DNA of 64,000 bases, taken from the human T2T-CHM13v2.0 reference genome, Homo sapiens. Shown piece after piece: positions 1-13,904 of this stretch. The notes below the pieces were generated by a model that was not told the DNA's origin, made no database searches, and saw nothing but the letters and a program-made list of their open reading frames with translations. Both the position numbers and the translations under genes were made by a program. The number at the start of each line of letters is the position of its first letter. Position 1 is the first letter of the stretch. The stretch lies in assembly GCF_009914755.1 (NCBI RefSeq), contig NC_060931.1, one strand, 5' to 3'.

Positions 1-166
1 AATAAGCCAGGTGTGGTGGTGCATGCCTGTAGTTCTAGCTACTCAGGAGGCTCAGGCAGGAGGATCAGTTGAGCCCACAAGTTTGAGGCTGCAGTGAGCT
101 ATGGTTGCACCACTGTACTCCAACCTGGGTGACAGAGGGAGACCCCCAACTCTTAAAAAAAAAAAG
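1..166 (+). mobile_element. Alu right arm (AluJ-like), cut by the window edge
   Basis: agccaggtgtggtggtgcatgcctgtag...gcagtgagctatg...ctgggtgacagag followed by an A tail. Confidence 0.92.
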
Positions 167-387
167 AAGCCAAACCAAAAAGCCAGTTGTTTTAAGCTAC
201 TATAATCTCTAATTTGTAACGATAATTTCAGTATTTCCTTGTGTTTATTTCCATACGCTTAGCCACTTGTGGAGTTTTCTTTTTGATGGTATTAAAATAA
301 AATTCTTTCTTTTAAATCATTAAAATGCAGAGGTAAAAGAATCTTTCACTACAGACATTAGACAGCCTATGTGAGAATCTCTTAAGG

Positions 388-603
388 CAGGAGTTGGCAA
401 ACGTTTTCTATAAAGAGCCAGATAGCAGTAAATATTTTGGGCTTTGCAGGCTATATGGCCTCTGCTACAAGGATTTCTCTGCTTTTTAGCAGGAAAAAAA
501 CCATAGATAATATGTAAATAAATGGGCGTGGCCATATTCCAGTAATACATTATTTAGAAGAATAGGCGGAAGGTTGAATTTGCCATAGTTTGCCCCACCC
601 CTG
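388..603. mobile_element. MER58A (hAT-Charlie MITE), apparently nested in a MER5-like element (~340-750)
   Basis: Ends CAGGAGTTGGCAAAC and GTTTGCCCCACCCCTG are inverted repeats; the internal sequence follows the MER58A consensus. Confidence 0.85.
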
Positions 604-989
604 ACTTGGAGGATTCATTAAAAATGCAAAGACCAAGTTCTTACACCTTCCTGAATTAGATTTCAGAGAGATAAGCCTTTGGAATCTGTGTGCTTAACCA
701 GTTGCATATATTATTAATATTATTATTATTACTTATACTCAAGTTTGTGAACTTTCATTTTATTTATATACTAGGATATCTGAGTCCTGAATTTGTCTCT
801 ACAGTATTGCTAGGGGATTTTTCATTTAGCTTGAATAGTTACTTTGAACTTTTTTTTTTATTTTGAACTATATTTATGGAGTACACCTTTATCAGATGGA
901 ACCTCTGTTTCAAATAATTGACCGAGAAAATATGAAGGGTAAGTTTCTGTTGAGTTAAAGTTCAAAAATGGAAATGCTGAAAGAACAAG

Positions 990-1087
990 GACCTTTTTCC
1001 TCCTCTTTATTGCTATATTTCTAGCACTTGGAACTATAACCGGCACAGGGCAGGTGTTTTGAGAAATATTTGTGTAATGAATGAATA
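990..1087 (+). mobile_element. L2 3' end fragment
   Basis: ctagcacttggaac...ggcacag...aaatatttgtgtaatgaatgaat tail typical of L2. Confidence 0.6.
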
Positions 1088-1329
1088 CACATTTGTATTA
1101 CTTCACTCTCGGCATACAGTGATGGCCTGAATCCAAATGGCTGCACTGTCCCTGTATTTGATATCTGGGTAATCAAGTCCTAGCCATAGCCTTTCTGCTT
1201 TTACACAATACCTTTTAGTTTTTATCCAATATTCCACCTGTTTGCATTAATTTTGGGGTTATGAATGCTGCCCTTAATTGTGCTGTTTCAACATTCATGG
1301 TTCCAAAGCAACATCTATAAGTATGAATG

Positions 1330-1720
1330 ATTATATTAGCTAAGGATCTTTTGACTATAATCAATGAAAATCCATATGGTCAACTTAAACAAAAAAGGTA
1401 TCTATTAGGAAAATGGGTTAGGTGAAAGCTCAGTATCAGGGGCCTGCTGAACTTCTCTCTGGAATGCTACCCAACATAACTCAGCTCCTAACCTTATCCT
1501 AACTCCAGGCCTGTGCACATGCTGTTCTGTGTGCCAGTTTTTAATTCTGAGAGATTGGGATTGGCCCAGCTAAGGGCAAGTGCCTGTTGTTTGGTTTAAT
1601 TTCTTGGCTGGTGGGTCAGGGGGACCATTATGTAACCATCCTTGTGGAGAGAAAATCAGAGATTACTACCAGAAGGATGTGGGAGAAGAGATGAGAGATG
1701 CTAGGAAGATGCAACTAGTT
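1330..1720. mobile_element. Old MaLR LTR (MLT1-like), degraded
   Basis: tattagctaaggatcttttgact...aacttaaacaaaaaagg start and gattggcccagctaagggcaagtgcc internal motif. Confidence 0.45.
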
Positions 1721-2329
1721 TAGATATGTTGATTTTGGTGCCTTTAAGAAAAAAAAAACTTTGCAAATAACTATTTGTGCTCTGATTTGCCAAAGCCCTG
1801 TTTTAAATTCTGCTATTAATGCAAACCAGGCTGCAGACCTCTGAGGTCCATGCTGATTCTTCTCTCCAGGCCTCTGGTCTGCTGTGAACAGGGCTGTTCT
1901 CTAATTGTTACAGACTTCCTCTAAACCTGAAGATTTGATTTGGAGCCTTGCTTTAGCTGCCTTTAGCTGGAAGATTTGATTTTGAGTCCTGTTTTTGCTT
2001 TTAGATTATATTTATTTATAATATCTATCCCTCTCTACTTCCAAGAAAAGATTGTTAATTCCAGATTTAAAATCAAATTCCATGCTAAGAAATGACACAG
2101 ATCATCTTCAGACTGCTCCCTGTAATCTACTCATCTCTGGTTCTGTCCTTGATTAGCTGCCACCCAAACAGAGTGGCCCAGCATGGTCCTAAATCCAAGC
2201 CATAGGATAAGGATCCTAGAAAGAGAATGGAGTTCTTTCCCAATTTATGTCCCCATCTCCCACATGCGCAACCCCCGGAAGCTCAGTCTTTGTTCCTTTA
2301 TTGCAGTCTGCAACTACTGACAGGTTCTG

Positions 2330-2778
2330 ACTGCTGTCTACTCCAAAAGCATCATGTATACTTCTCCCCACTGCTTTTTGTGATACAGTTCCACTGGCCT
2401 GCTTTCTGTTACAGACACACAGAAGTCTATTCCCTCTGCGTGAAGCGGGCCTTCCTTACGTATTTACAAGACCGGCTCCTTCATGTTTTTCAGATCTCAG
2501 GTCAAGTGTCTCCAACTTAGCAAGAGATGCCTTCTCAACCACCCTTTCTAAATACATAGAGCATGCCTCCTGAGTCACTCTGTATCCCCTTACCCTGTTT
2601 TATTTTAATGTTGCAATGATCCCTATGTAGAATGTCACTTCTTTGTATACTTGTTTATCGCTTTGTTTTCCTGCTAGAGTGTATGCCCCAGGAGGGCAGA
2701 GATCTTGTCTCTGGTTTATCCCAGTTGTTTAGAACAGCACCTGATGTACTGGGTGTTCACTTGTAAAAATGAATGAAT
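2330..2778 (+). mobile_element. L2 (L2a-like) 3' portion
   Basis: cagatctcaggtcaagtgtc...gagggcagagatcttgtct...tagaacagcacctga...aatgaatgaat. Confidence 0.75.
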
Positions 2779-4034
2779 TAAGGCCACTTAGCAATTTCTA
2801 AATCACCTTTGATATACAACAATCCATATGCACAGCAATCCAGATAGACTCACCTGTCTGGGATATGTCAAAGCCACGGAGAAGAAAACTCAGCAATCAG
2901 CATTTTTCAGACTGTGGGGAGCTGAGATCACTGGCCTTGCTGAATCTCTGGTCCCAGAAACAAATACAGACAGGGATCGCCAGCATTACTTAACACCCAT
3001 TCAAAAAAAGGCATTGGGGATTTGCAGCAACTTTTATACCCATGTTCTTTTGTCACCCTTCTCAGTATCTGTATCAGCATGTTTGTAGGGTTCAGCAGAG
3101 AATTTTGTCAGGTTAGGAAGAAGTAACATATGGTAGTTGTGATGAAACCTTAGCACCAGGCATGCCTCTAACATTAACTCAGAGGACTTGTTTTCGATTC
3201 TTTCTTTTATGAAACCCAGCCTTTCTATTTTCTGCTAAATCAACAGTTCCTATATACACATCAGCTTTACAAGTCTCTAGGAGACAATATTTCTTTTCCA
3301 CTAATATGTGTATTCACAGCCCAGGTGCACATGTGCATGGATGCACAGACAAGGGACTGCATTTTAAGAAGTTTTGGCAGAAGCCAAGCCATAGCATAAC
3401 TCATTAAGACAACCTATGACAATATAAGAAGAGATTATTTTGGAAATTCTTAAGGTAAAGATAAAAGACAAAACATACATCGAGTGGTCTTTAGCAACCC
3501 TGAGTTCTTTCCTCAGTAGCTCTTCTTGGATAGCACACTTAAGTTTTCATATCAAATAGTAATACAGCTCACCTCTCACTGACTAGAGCCTTGTTATGTT
3601 TTCCGTAAAGCTTCATGCTGATGGATCAACCTGTTGGTGAAATGGTGTTAAATGGTCTTAAAATAGTTCAGAAATCAAACCCTTCAAATCTTTGGGTAAA
3701 GTCTAAGAGGAGCATTATATTAGCTGTACAGTAAATAATGCTATAAAAAGACTCTTGTATGAGTTAATGGTGTTCCACACACATCACTTAGGGTGCAGGA
3801 ATGAAACAACTTGTTCTTAACTTGCCAAGCCCTTGTACTTTTCAGCTTCTTATCTATGTTCTTGGAAATCATCAAAGAAGAAATGGAGGAAGGGGATAGC
3901 ATGGTAACATTTCTCTGAGGAAGGCTATTTCTTTCCGTCCAATGCTGATTGTGAGCCTTGGTAATCTCTCTCAACTTTTCTATGTGCATACATATATGCA
4001 TTTTATGGAAGCTAAATTAAATTACATTTAAAAA

Positions 4035-4150
4035 CAACAATGTGGCAAAATGTTAATAATGGGTGAATCTATGTAGAGGGTATATGGAGTTCTTAGTACT
4101 ATTCTTGTACCTATACTGTAAGTTTTTAGTTGTCTAGAAAAATGTTTAAC
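4035..4150 (+). mobile_element. L1ME-type 3' end fragment
   Basis: aatgtggcaaaatgttaataatgggtgaatctatgtagagggtatatggagttcttagtactattcttg. Confidence 0.65.
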
Positions 4151-4627
4151 AAAATATCAGCAGCATCCAAGGTGGTCACACTTGTGCTTTTGCATGTCAG
4201 GTATCCATCTATAGCTGCCCCTGTGGCATGTGTTTTTTCCTGCTCGACTCTAGCCACAATAATCACTAGGGTAGGCTGAGCTGAACTGATGAAATCAGAT
4301 ATCCAGGGAAACAAAGCAATCAAATTTTAATATATTTCTTTATTTGTACATATTTTATTATCTTTGAACTATAGTTTTTTCCTTTGGGGGAGTAAGGCAG
4401 GTTTATTACCAAATTTTAAGAAGATTTTATGTTCTCAGAGCATTTAAAGCATGTTTGAAATAGATAATGATTATTTTATGTGTTTATCTTGAGCTGAGAT
4501 TCATATTCTATGGTTTCAGGGTATTAGTGAACTACTTCTTAATAAACACAGCATCAAACCTGAAAGTCAGAGACACAAAAACAGTGAAATTTAAAACCGT
4601 CTCCATAGCAAGAATCTGGAAAATCTA

Positions 4628-4755
4628 GAGGAGAAAAAGTGAATGAATAAGGTAGTATGGAAGGAAGAAAGAGAGGAGAGGAGAAGGGTGGAAAGGGGAG
4701 GGGAGCAAAAAGCAAGAAAGAAAGGAAAGAAGGAATGGTCAAAAGGAAAGAGAAA
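4628..4755 (+). repeat. Purine-rich (GA) low-complexity tract
   Basis: ggaaggaagaaagagaggagaggagaagggtggaaagggg... Confidence 0.8.
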
Positions 4756-4919
4756 TCTATAAAGACACCTTGTATGGATGTTGCTGATGTCACTTATTGG
4801 GAAGCATAAAATGTAATTGAAAGATAGTCACAGTAAGTGTTAATAGAATTTTAAACTAAAGTTCATTATAGGCTGTGGATTTACCCTGTGGGTTTTGTGG
4901 CAGCTCAGGCTTCAAGCAA

Positions 4920-5060
4920 GGCCTGCTGTAGTGTCATGGTCAGGAGGAATCCTTTGCCTAACAGAGCTCGGAAGGATCTTGTGGTGGTCAGTGACCAGAC
5001 CTTGATCTTTTCACCCAGGGAATCCACTGCCTTAGTAACAAATCTCTGCAAATGGGACAA
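4920..5060 (+). mobile_element. Possible L3/CR1 ORF2 remnant
   Basis: Translation ARKDLVVVSDQTLIFS resembles the CR1 motif EKDLGVxVDxKLxFS; weak. Confidence 0.3.
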
Positions 5061-7224
5061 GAGCCATGGACTCTTCTGACCCCTGATCCCACACAAAGTG
5101 CCATGTCACCAAATATTCTGTTTCTTGAACTAGTAGGGAATTGTTCTGTGTATAAAGTGATTAAGTTAAATTCTTTGAGTCACATTTTTACAGAGATTTA
5201 AGAGTTAATTTTATAGAGGGTGCCAAGCTTCTTAGAAGCAAGAATATGGATAAATATTTTTGGTTACCATTTCCCCTGTCCCGGGAGATATCTTGCTATC
5301 ATTATCAGAAATTACTTTTATTATTGTAGAAAGAAGTTCATTCTGTAGCCCCAAACAAGGCAAAGGTGGCAATTGGACAATAAATCAGTACTTTGTCAAC
5401 ATGGAGATGCATTTTTTTCTAATTTTACTAACACTGTAGCCAGTCACTATGCCGCCCCAGCCCATGCAGCTGCATAATTATACATCAGATCTCCAAAATG
5501 AATTAGTTTATTTTTAAAACAGCTAATTGCCTTAGTGGAGTCATGTTTTACCAGAAGCACAAAAGGGCTTTGTTCACTGCAGGGAAATTTTCTTCTGGAA
5601 TGACTGTGTTAGGCTCTAGCTTCTGTAAATGTCAGTCATAAACAGCAAAATATCAGCAAAATCCACTAAAATCACTAATAATCCAGAACATCTCAATGCG
5701 ACTTCAGCATTATTTGCTCTGCATGTAGCTCTATGTGATTTTAAGATTAAAATGGCATAGTTAGGTATGTTCTGTGGTACAACCATATGTGACTTTTTAT
5801 GTGTGCTTTCTGTAGCCCAGTTTAGATATGTCTCTTGAAACCCAACTATGTGTTTATAAGGCAGACCTCTTATTGCATGTTTGGTCTCCATTAGGGATGA
5901 CAAGCCAATTTTTGGAAATCAAGACTCCTCTCTATTATAGTCTTAAACTTCAATTTTTACATTTTGTTTTTGGATGCTATTATATTTAAATAGAAATAGC
6001 AGGTGTAATGTTTATGCTATGTTACTCTGCAGGGATAGTGGGCTCAGAAAACACTGATTAAGGATAAGTTCCCACAGTGTGGCATCACCTTGACAAATTC
6101 ACATCAGTAATGCCCACAAAGACTAGTAGATTCAATCCTAATGACAAATGAATACTCACAATAAAAAGTATTTCCCCAAGGGACAATATCCTCATGACTT
6201 AATGACCAACAAGTTGTAAGAAACCAGATTATAATTAGATGTATCATGGCAGAATATTGACTCAAACCCATACTTATTAGTTACATGGTTTGAGTGTTTA
6301 ATAGCATGAGGCTAAGACGGCTGACTAGATCTGCCTCTAGGGGACTTAAATGTGGCAGGACCATCACAGACAGCCTCAGATGTGACCCCAAACCCAACAT
6401 GACGTAAGTTTCTGGACTTTCTCTTTAAACTTTAAGGCCTGAAGCATTAGTATTTCAGACTTCATAATGTATAAGAAAAAAGCCAAATGATTATCATACA
6501 GTTAATTTTAAAAGTCCAATTAAATATCTTATTTCTTCCCTTAATATTTCTCCCTAGAAGGCAATAAACTTATCTGTATATCTCTGTTTCAATTTTTTCT
6601 TCGTTCTCTGTCCACACAGGTCCCAAATAGATTTTATTATTTTGAACAACTAAGTTCTGGCTCCAGTTTTGTATTCCTACCTAGAAAAGCAAAGCCTGCA
6701 GTTAGCTAAACCCTTTCTATTGTTTGCAAAGTTCTGCTTTTTAAGTTTGCCCCCTGGAGGTCTCATGTTCCATGCCAAATAGGTTTTCAAAGTATTTACC
6801 TAATAATTCCTAGGAAAACATTCTGCTCCTAAGAAAAATAATACTTACCACTTACAAATATAGGAATTCACATGCCTTTGGTACTGAACACCCTCTCCTC
6901 AAAGTAGACTTTAGGTGGGCATTGACAATGTTCACCTTGACAATGTTCACCTTTGTGCTCTGCATTTTCTCTGACTCCAAAGCTAACACATACCCCTTCT
7001 GATGAATCCTTCATTAAACAGATTAAAGTAATTAATTATATTATAGTCAACTATGACTAATCTGCAATCTACTATATATTTTCTAATTTGAGTTAGCTCC
7101 CCCAAAACATGAATATTAGGACAATAATAATAGCCTTTGAGACCTTACTTGGTCCCCACTAAGTCACAGTTTAATCCAGCGTGTCTTAATTTCTAAGCAA
7201 AGGCTGACAAACAGGGTGATCAGT

Positions 7225-7264
7225 TATGTGTGCGTGCGTGCGTGCATGCGTGTGTGTGTGTGTG
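7225..7264. repeat. Compound (TGCG)n/(TG)n microsatellite
   Basis: tatgtgtgcgtgcgtgcgtgcatgcgtgtgtgtgtgtgtg. Confidence 0.9.
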
Positions 7265-7850
7265 AAACAAATACACACAGGTGTATTTATTTCAGGAACC
7301 AAAAGACTGCATTTACAAAATATATTTGAGATGGAGATAGTTATTAAATTAAGGCCAAATTGTTTCCATATGGTGAAAATACTTCTTTACTAGTAAAAGA
7401 TATTTTTATAATTTAAGAGGTTTAAGATGGTTTCAAAATTCATTTCTCATCACATTTCCAGCATTCATGAGCCTTTGAAACTTAAAGCCAGAGAGGAGCT
7501 TATCATTTGACAAATTACATAAGAGTTCCAGAATTTAATGTTATGTCGATTCTTAAAATTGGCCATTATTCACAAATTATATTTATCACATGCGTTCATG
7601 AAAATCAAGAGAACTTTAGAATAATTATATATATTCCTTTATCTAATGTTAACGACTCACAGCCTGTAACTACCATCTGCCCTTTCTGCCAATGGTGTAT
7701 TTATTAATATATTTTAATAACAATTCTAATAGTTTTCATTTTAGCTTAAAATGTGTTTGCCTACCACAACTATACCTGCATTTTTCTATGCTTGCTTTTC
7801 ACACTAGAAAACAAAGACCAGTCAATACTTTAATTGCCCAAGGGTTGTAA

Positions 7851-8209
<359 letters not shown>

Positions 8210-8569
8210 AAAATACTGTACTTTTAAGTGCAGTTTATGCATTTTCTAATTCTGTGCTGCACTCTCAGGATGATGGGCTGCGCATTATTAGCTCATTCCT
8301 TTTATGTTATATTACTTAGTTTGAAAATCAACTTTTATTTCAGATGCCATAGTAATTTCTCACTGTTGATAACAGAATTACAATGAGAAAACCTTGAAAA
8401 GAATACATTTAGTTTAAATTAAATAGAAAAGAAAAGAGGAAGATAAATTTAGCCAAGATTCAATTTAGGATTGTACCAGAATATTTAGTTCCCTTACAAA
8501 ATACAAAGTATTGCTACTTCAAATGAAAATTTCTTGAGAAACTCTAGCCCTCATTAAATGAAATGTTTG

Positions 8570-9560
8570 TAACAAAATAAACTTTCACTATCAATGTATC
8601 AGAGTCCTTATTACTCAGCATTCTTACCAATACTTGGTATTGTTAGACTCAATTTTTGTCTGTCTGCTGGGTTTAAAATGGTGTCTCATTTTGGCTTAAT
8701 TTTCAATTTTCTGATTACTAATGTGCTGTAACATATTTCATATGTGGATTGGACATTAGAGTTTCTTTTCCATCACTTGCCTATTTTCTTTTGCCAACTT
8801 TATTATTGGGTTGTCTTTTCTTATTTTTTAACCATTATTAATATATATTCTGAATACTCATTTTTGATTCATTAAATTCACTGTAAACGTTTTCTCTCAA
8901 TCTGTCATTAATACATTTCCCTTTTTAAAAGTGTCTTTGCACAAAATTATATTATTATATCATGTTTATCAATCTTTTTCTTTATGATTTGTGTTCTTTT
9001 ATGTCTCATTTAAATCAATTCTTTACCTGAGAATTTAAATGTATTCTTTGACATTTTTTCTTGTAAAACTTTTCAAGTTTGCTTTTTGTATATATGTTTA
9101 ATCTACTTGGAATTGATTTTCTGAGTGGGAGTGTACATGTATATGTGTATGTGTAGTTTGATACAAAAAATAAGAGTTTAACATAGAGTAGCAATTATCT
9201 TAGCACCAGTTATTGAAAATCTTCCCTTCTCTGTAGTGCTAGTATTGATATATGTAAAGCTTCCACATATGTGGGACAATATTCCACATATGTGGGCCTA
9301 ATTGTCGTTGGTCTATTCTGTTCTCTTACCTAGTTGTCTATATTTGAACCAATAATGTATTCTCTTTTGTATAGCTTAACAAATAACTCCTGAAATCTGA
9401 TAAGGCACATACCCTCATTTTAAGTTCCTTCAAAATTATGACTTTTCTTGGAATTTTGCTATTTCATGTAAATATAGAAGTAGCTTGTCAAGTTAAGAAT
9501 AATATTAACACTAAATATTGATTTTTTTCTATCCATGGACAAAATGTATCTCCCTATTTT
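8570..9560 (-). mobile_element. Old L1M fragment, antisense
   Basis: T-rich strand with ttaccaatacttggtattgttagac...aaaatggtgtctcatt...ctgattactaatg, typical antisense L1 ORF2 3' region. Confidence 0.75.
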
Positions 9561-9989
9561 TTTCTTTATTGTCCTTTATCTATTACTTCTTCAATTCAGG
9601 ACACTTTACTTAGTTTAACTATCGCTCAAGACTATTTTATTAACATTATTTTAATATTATGTAATATGGTAATGGTTTATTATATTACATAATATTGAAG
9701 TGTGAGAGTAGGCCTGTGTGTGCCAACACTCAGTTATCCTAGATTGCAATGCTAAGAGAGGTCTAAAATCTGCTAATTTTAGCTTTTCTTCTTTCTCCTT
9801 TATTTTATAAATTCCACTCTGTCTTTTTTTTTTTTTTTTTTCTGGAAGATTGCCTGTTTCTAGCAGAACCTTTTCCTCCTTTCTATTTTTTTTTCCCTAG
9901 TCTGCTGCCAACGAACTTTTTAGAATTTTTTTCTGAGATAAAAGTAAATTTATTTTGAGTATGAGGTTTACAACATACTAATTAATTAG

Positions 9990-10190
9990 CTACTAGTTGT
10001 TGATTAAATACTGTGCACCAGTGTTTGTATTAGACATTCTAGGTTTTCCCAGCAACACTACTATTAGGGATAGATGGTAATCACCAGTACATAGATAAAA
10101 CCGAGGATAACATGCCCCAGATTATGAAATTAGAGTGCTGTGTGGTCAAGATTGAGTCCGAATCTATGTTTTTTCTCCTAGCACCACCCT
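9990..10190 (-). mobile_element. MIR fragment
   Basis: tacatagataaaaccgagg...taacatgccccagattatg...gattgagtccgaatct core-like segment. Confidence 0.45.
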
Positions 10191-10497
10191 GCCTCTAACA
10201 CATAACAATATTTTAACACTGAAGTGTAATCAGAGACAATGTGCTGTACAATTCTAAAACCAGACAACCTGATTCTGAGGCAGGATGGGCACCCTTCCCT
10301 AACTTTGGGGCCATAGAGCAACTGCTGTGCCAGAAAGTTTGTAGGGAGGGAGAGTGGTTAGGTAAGTAGAAGAGACAGAGATACCTGGGGGATAGAGCTG
10401 CAGGAGGCTTTCAAAGGTGGTTGTAGTGAGCTGAATAAAGCATTTCCAGTAGGTCAGAGCTGCAGATTGAGGAAAGGAAATAGAGTTTTAAGATATT

Positions 10498-11217
10498 TAG
10501 TCTGTTCTGCTGCAACACGTGTTTCTATAACAAAAATTAAATGTGATTGGTACATAGGTGATAATGAGTATAAAGTGATGTTGGTTCTTAAGTGATTTTT
10601 TTCTAGTCATGGGGAACCAGAAGAGTAGAAATACAATAATAACTTTTAGTAATAAATGGGAAAGAAAAAGCCATCAACTGGGCTGCTACATTGCCAACAG
10701 GAATCATTTGGAGTATGTTTAAGAAATTAAAAACTAGTATCTGCATCCAGTGAGTTGCTTATCTCAGTTCCTCGTGCCCAAACTTGTTATGCTGTAGGCT
10801 CATGGCAGGGGACATTTCCTCCAAGCCCACCTAGGCTGCAGCCCTGCAGCAGAGCTCCAGTTCTCCCAGCAGTGCCTCAGTCCCCATCACCCCGCTTCAC
10901 TGTCCTCTCTATTGTTTTGTGCATTTGTCCATCCACTGTGGCGGCTTCTGGCCAAGCTGAGCTGCTGGTTTTTTGGAGAGGGCAATCCAACTTTTATCCC
11001 CACTTAACAACTGTAAATATCAGTAATAATAATAATATTATATGATAATGATAGTGATGATGGACATGGTGGTATAATTACCAAATAACATAGGCTTTGA
11101 ACAGTTTGCTTATAATCCCATCATCTCATAAACTTGTTATTTAGAGTACATATTTAACAGAATATGAATTTTCTCTGGAACGCAATTATTGTGTTATTGC
11201 TGCATACGTGTACTGTT
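10498..11217. mobile_element. Possible ancient Tigger-like (TcMar) DNA transposon
   Basis: Degenerate termini tagtctgttctgctgcaacacg and gcaattattgtgttattgctgcatacgtgtactgt resemble CAGTCAGTTCTGCTATAACGCG-type TIRs. Confidence 0.3.
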
Positions 11218-12100
11218 ACAGGTCTAATGTTTCCTTCGTGGTGTTCAAAAATTACAAATAATGGACCTTACTTACTTAGATATTACTTTTGGGTTACTCA
11301 AATGGATATTAACTACAACACCACTATAAACTGCTGAACACTATGGGTTATGGTTATAAGGGTTATACTTGGTTCTGTTTACTTTGAGTACCAGGGTATT
11401 TTTGTCTTCAGTAGTCAGATTGTGTCACCCCAGTATCCATTATAATACCTAGGAAATTTATTTTCATTCTAGGCTTTGAAAAGATGATAAAATGATGTAA
11501 TGTGAGTTAATCAACTGCAGAATGGCTTACTTTCCTATATAGTTAAAGCAAAATTATACATGACAAATGATGAGTTGTGATATGAATCTTCAGTTCACCC
11601 CTCACTGTGGATCTAGTGTATACCTTTAGCATATGGAGCTAAGTCCAGGCTAGATTACTTGCCTTGTGTAGTCTGAATGCTTGAGGTTCAGTTCTGGATG
11701 GGCCACAGTATTGCATGAAGACTTTTGTCTGGTTGTTACTTCCTCATGTCCAGATCCTTGTAATTATTTGCAGAAAAATCATTATTAGCTGTGTCTGTAA
11801 TGGCCTGTGGGTGACTTTATGTGCCAAGTCTTCACTACCAGCATTTTCAAAGGGCTTGGTTTCCTTCCAAGCCATTCATCAATTGCCTATCGCCACATCA
11901 TATATGCCTTGAGGCATGATCATTCAGTCAGGAGCCTCTGTAACTCTGAGTGTGCTCTGCACTTTCTCTGCAAAATTAAGGTGATGGAAAAGATCATATT
12001 CTGCTTGTTCTGGCAAGAAGGGAAGAGGTCTGAACTGAAAACAGGGGCACAACCATGGACCCTCATGTGCCCTGTCACACTGTTAAAGAGTATCCCTGGC

Positions 12101-12218
12101 TGCTGAGCATAGTGGTGTGTACCTGCAATTTCAGCTGCTTGAGAGGTTGAGACAGGAGAATCACTTCAGCCTAGGAGTTTGAGACCAGCCTGGGCAACAT
12201 AGTAAGACCTGGACTCAC

Positions 12219-12257
<39 letters not shown>
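12101..12257 (+). mobile_element. FLAM (free left Alu monomer) with a 38-nt A tail
   Basis: Single monomer ending gagaccagcctgggcaacatagtaagacc; A run 12220-12257; flanks tccctggctgc / tccttggctgc look like a TSD. Confidence 0.88.
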
Positions 12258-12259
<2 letters not shown>

Positions 12260-13904
12260 CTCCTTGGCTGCCACGTCTCAGGGATTTTTTTTAAAAACTA
12301 TTTTCCCCTTATGTGGATATTGTTTGTATTTTTGTCTTGATCTCAGTTATCTTCCAGCAATAAATACTTGAGATGTTATTAGAGTTATCAAATCTTACAA
12401 ATGATTATTACAGAAGGATAGAAAATTGTATTGAAGGATTAAAACATAAATTAAGAAGAAAAGTAACTGAGCAATGCCCTTATTTATTTTTTTTCTTAGA
12501 GAAGCATCACACATTTTTAAGACATTTTTTTGGAATCACAGAGCATAACTTTTCTTCCTGGGCCATCGAATCAAAGCATTACCAAGGGAGCATTAACAGC
12601 TAGGTGTGCCTGGCTCTACAGCTCATGGGTGTCCTGTCCAGTGGCTTGCTGCCCTCTCTGGTCATGCCCACTTTGTGTGAACACTGAAGGCCCTTCTTCC
12701 CAGGAGCCATTGGAAGAACTAACACTTGTCAAAGCAAATCATATTTGTTATCTAAATATGAGGAAACCCTTAAAAACAGAACAAAGTCTAACGCATTACT
12801 CTATAAGACAGATTTTTTTGAAGTACTGCTCTGAAGTGTGACTTTTTCCACTGCTATATTAAGAATTAGCAAAAGAAAAAGATGGTGAATTATGCATTAT
12901 ATAGTATATGCATTATATACAGTAAATTACGCTTTATATACTACAAAGAAAGAAGAGAGATGCAGAAAATAATATGGAAGCTAATGGATAAGAAATATGT
13001 GCTTAAGTTGGGGCAAGAAAGTCAACTTTTGATTTCTGTGAAAGAAAACAAAGGCTTCAATGAGTATTATGTAAATGGGTGTCTCAAGAACAGGTAATGA
13101 TTGCTGAAATGAGGGAGATATCATCTTAAGCAACTAGAAAGGACATGTGCGAAAGCATTGATATACAGACAGGATACAGTGATTTTGAAGAACCTAAGTA
13201 AAGATGAGAGCAAGGTTTTCAGAAAAAGCAGAATAAAGGAAAATAAACCCACAGCAGTGAATTGGAAGAACTTTGACCAGTAATCTGTTTGATAGTGGAT
13301 GTGTTTTGAGGATTATTTATGACCTGTATCAGTAGGCATTGTTGTTATGATCATAGGAAAATCCTGGGAAAGAGGGTTTTTGGAATGAAGGGTGGCCATG
13401 TTGTCTAATGTGTCTTCTTACCCAGGTCGCCCTATGTTAAGAAGCTTAATTCTAGAAAATTTTAAATTGCTTCTGGATACACATAAGAACTTCTGGCAGA
13501 ATTTTTCTCATCTGGAAATAAAGTCATTTAAAATTTTTACAAATCAAGTTCTTTCTGTTTTTTCATTTATCTCAAATTTTCTAAAACTGATGCTACATTG
13601 GCAATTCTGTTAAAGTTCAAAATTAACAAATTTTATTACCAGAAAGGCTTATATCATGACTGTCTAAACATTGTGTTATTGGCACAGATTCAAAATTCAA
13701 AATTTTGAGTATTATTTTAATCTTTCTGTTTTCTATCAACTGATTTGAATCACATACATTTAAATGTCTGAAGGCCAATATATTCTACTATGTAATGATC
13801 TACACAGTTTTGAGATGTTACAATAATTCATGATTCATTTGAAAGTGTAAAAAAGGGTACTTTAGTTTTACCCTAATGGCTAAATATTTAAAATACTGTT
13901 ATGG

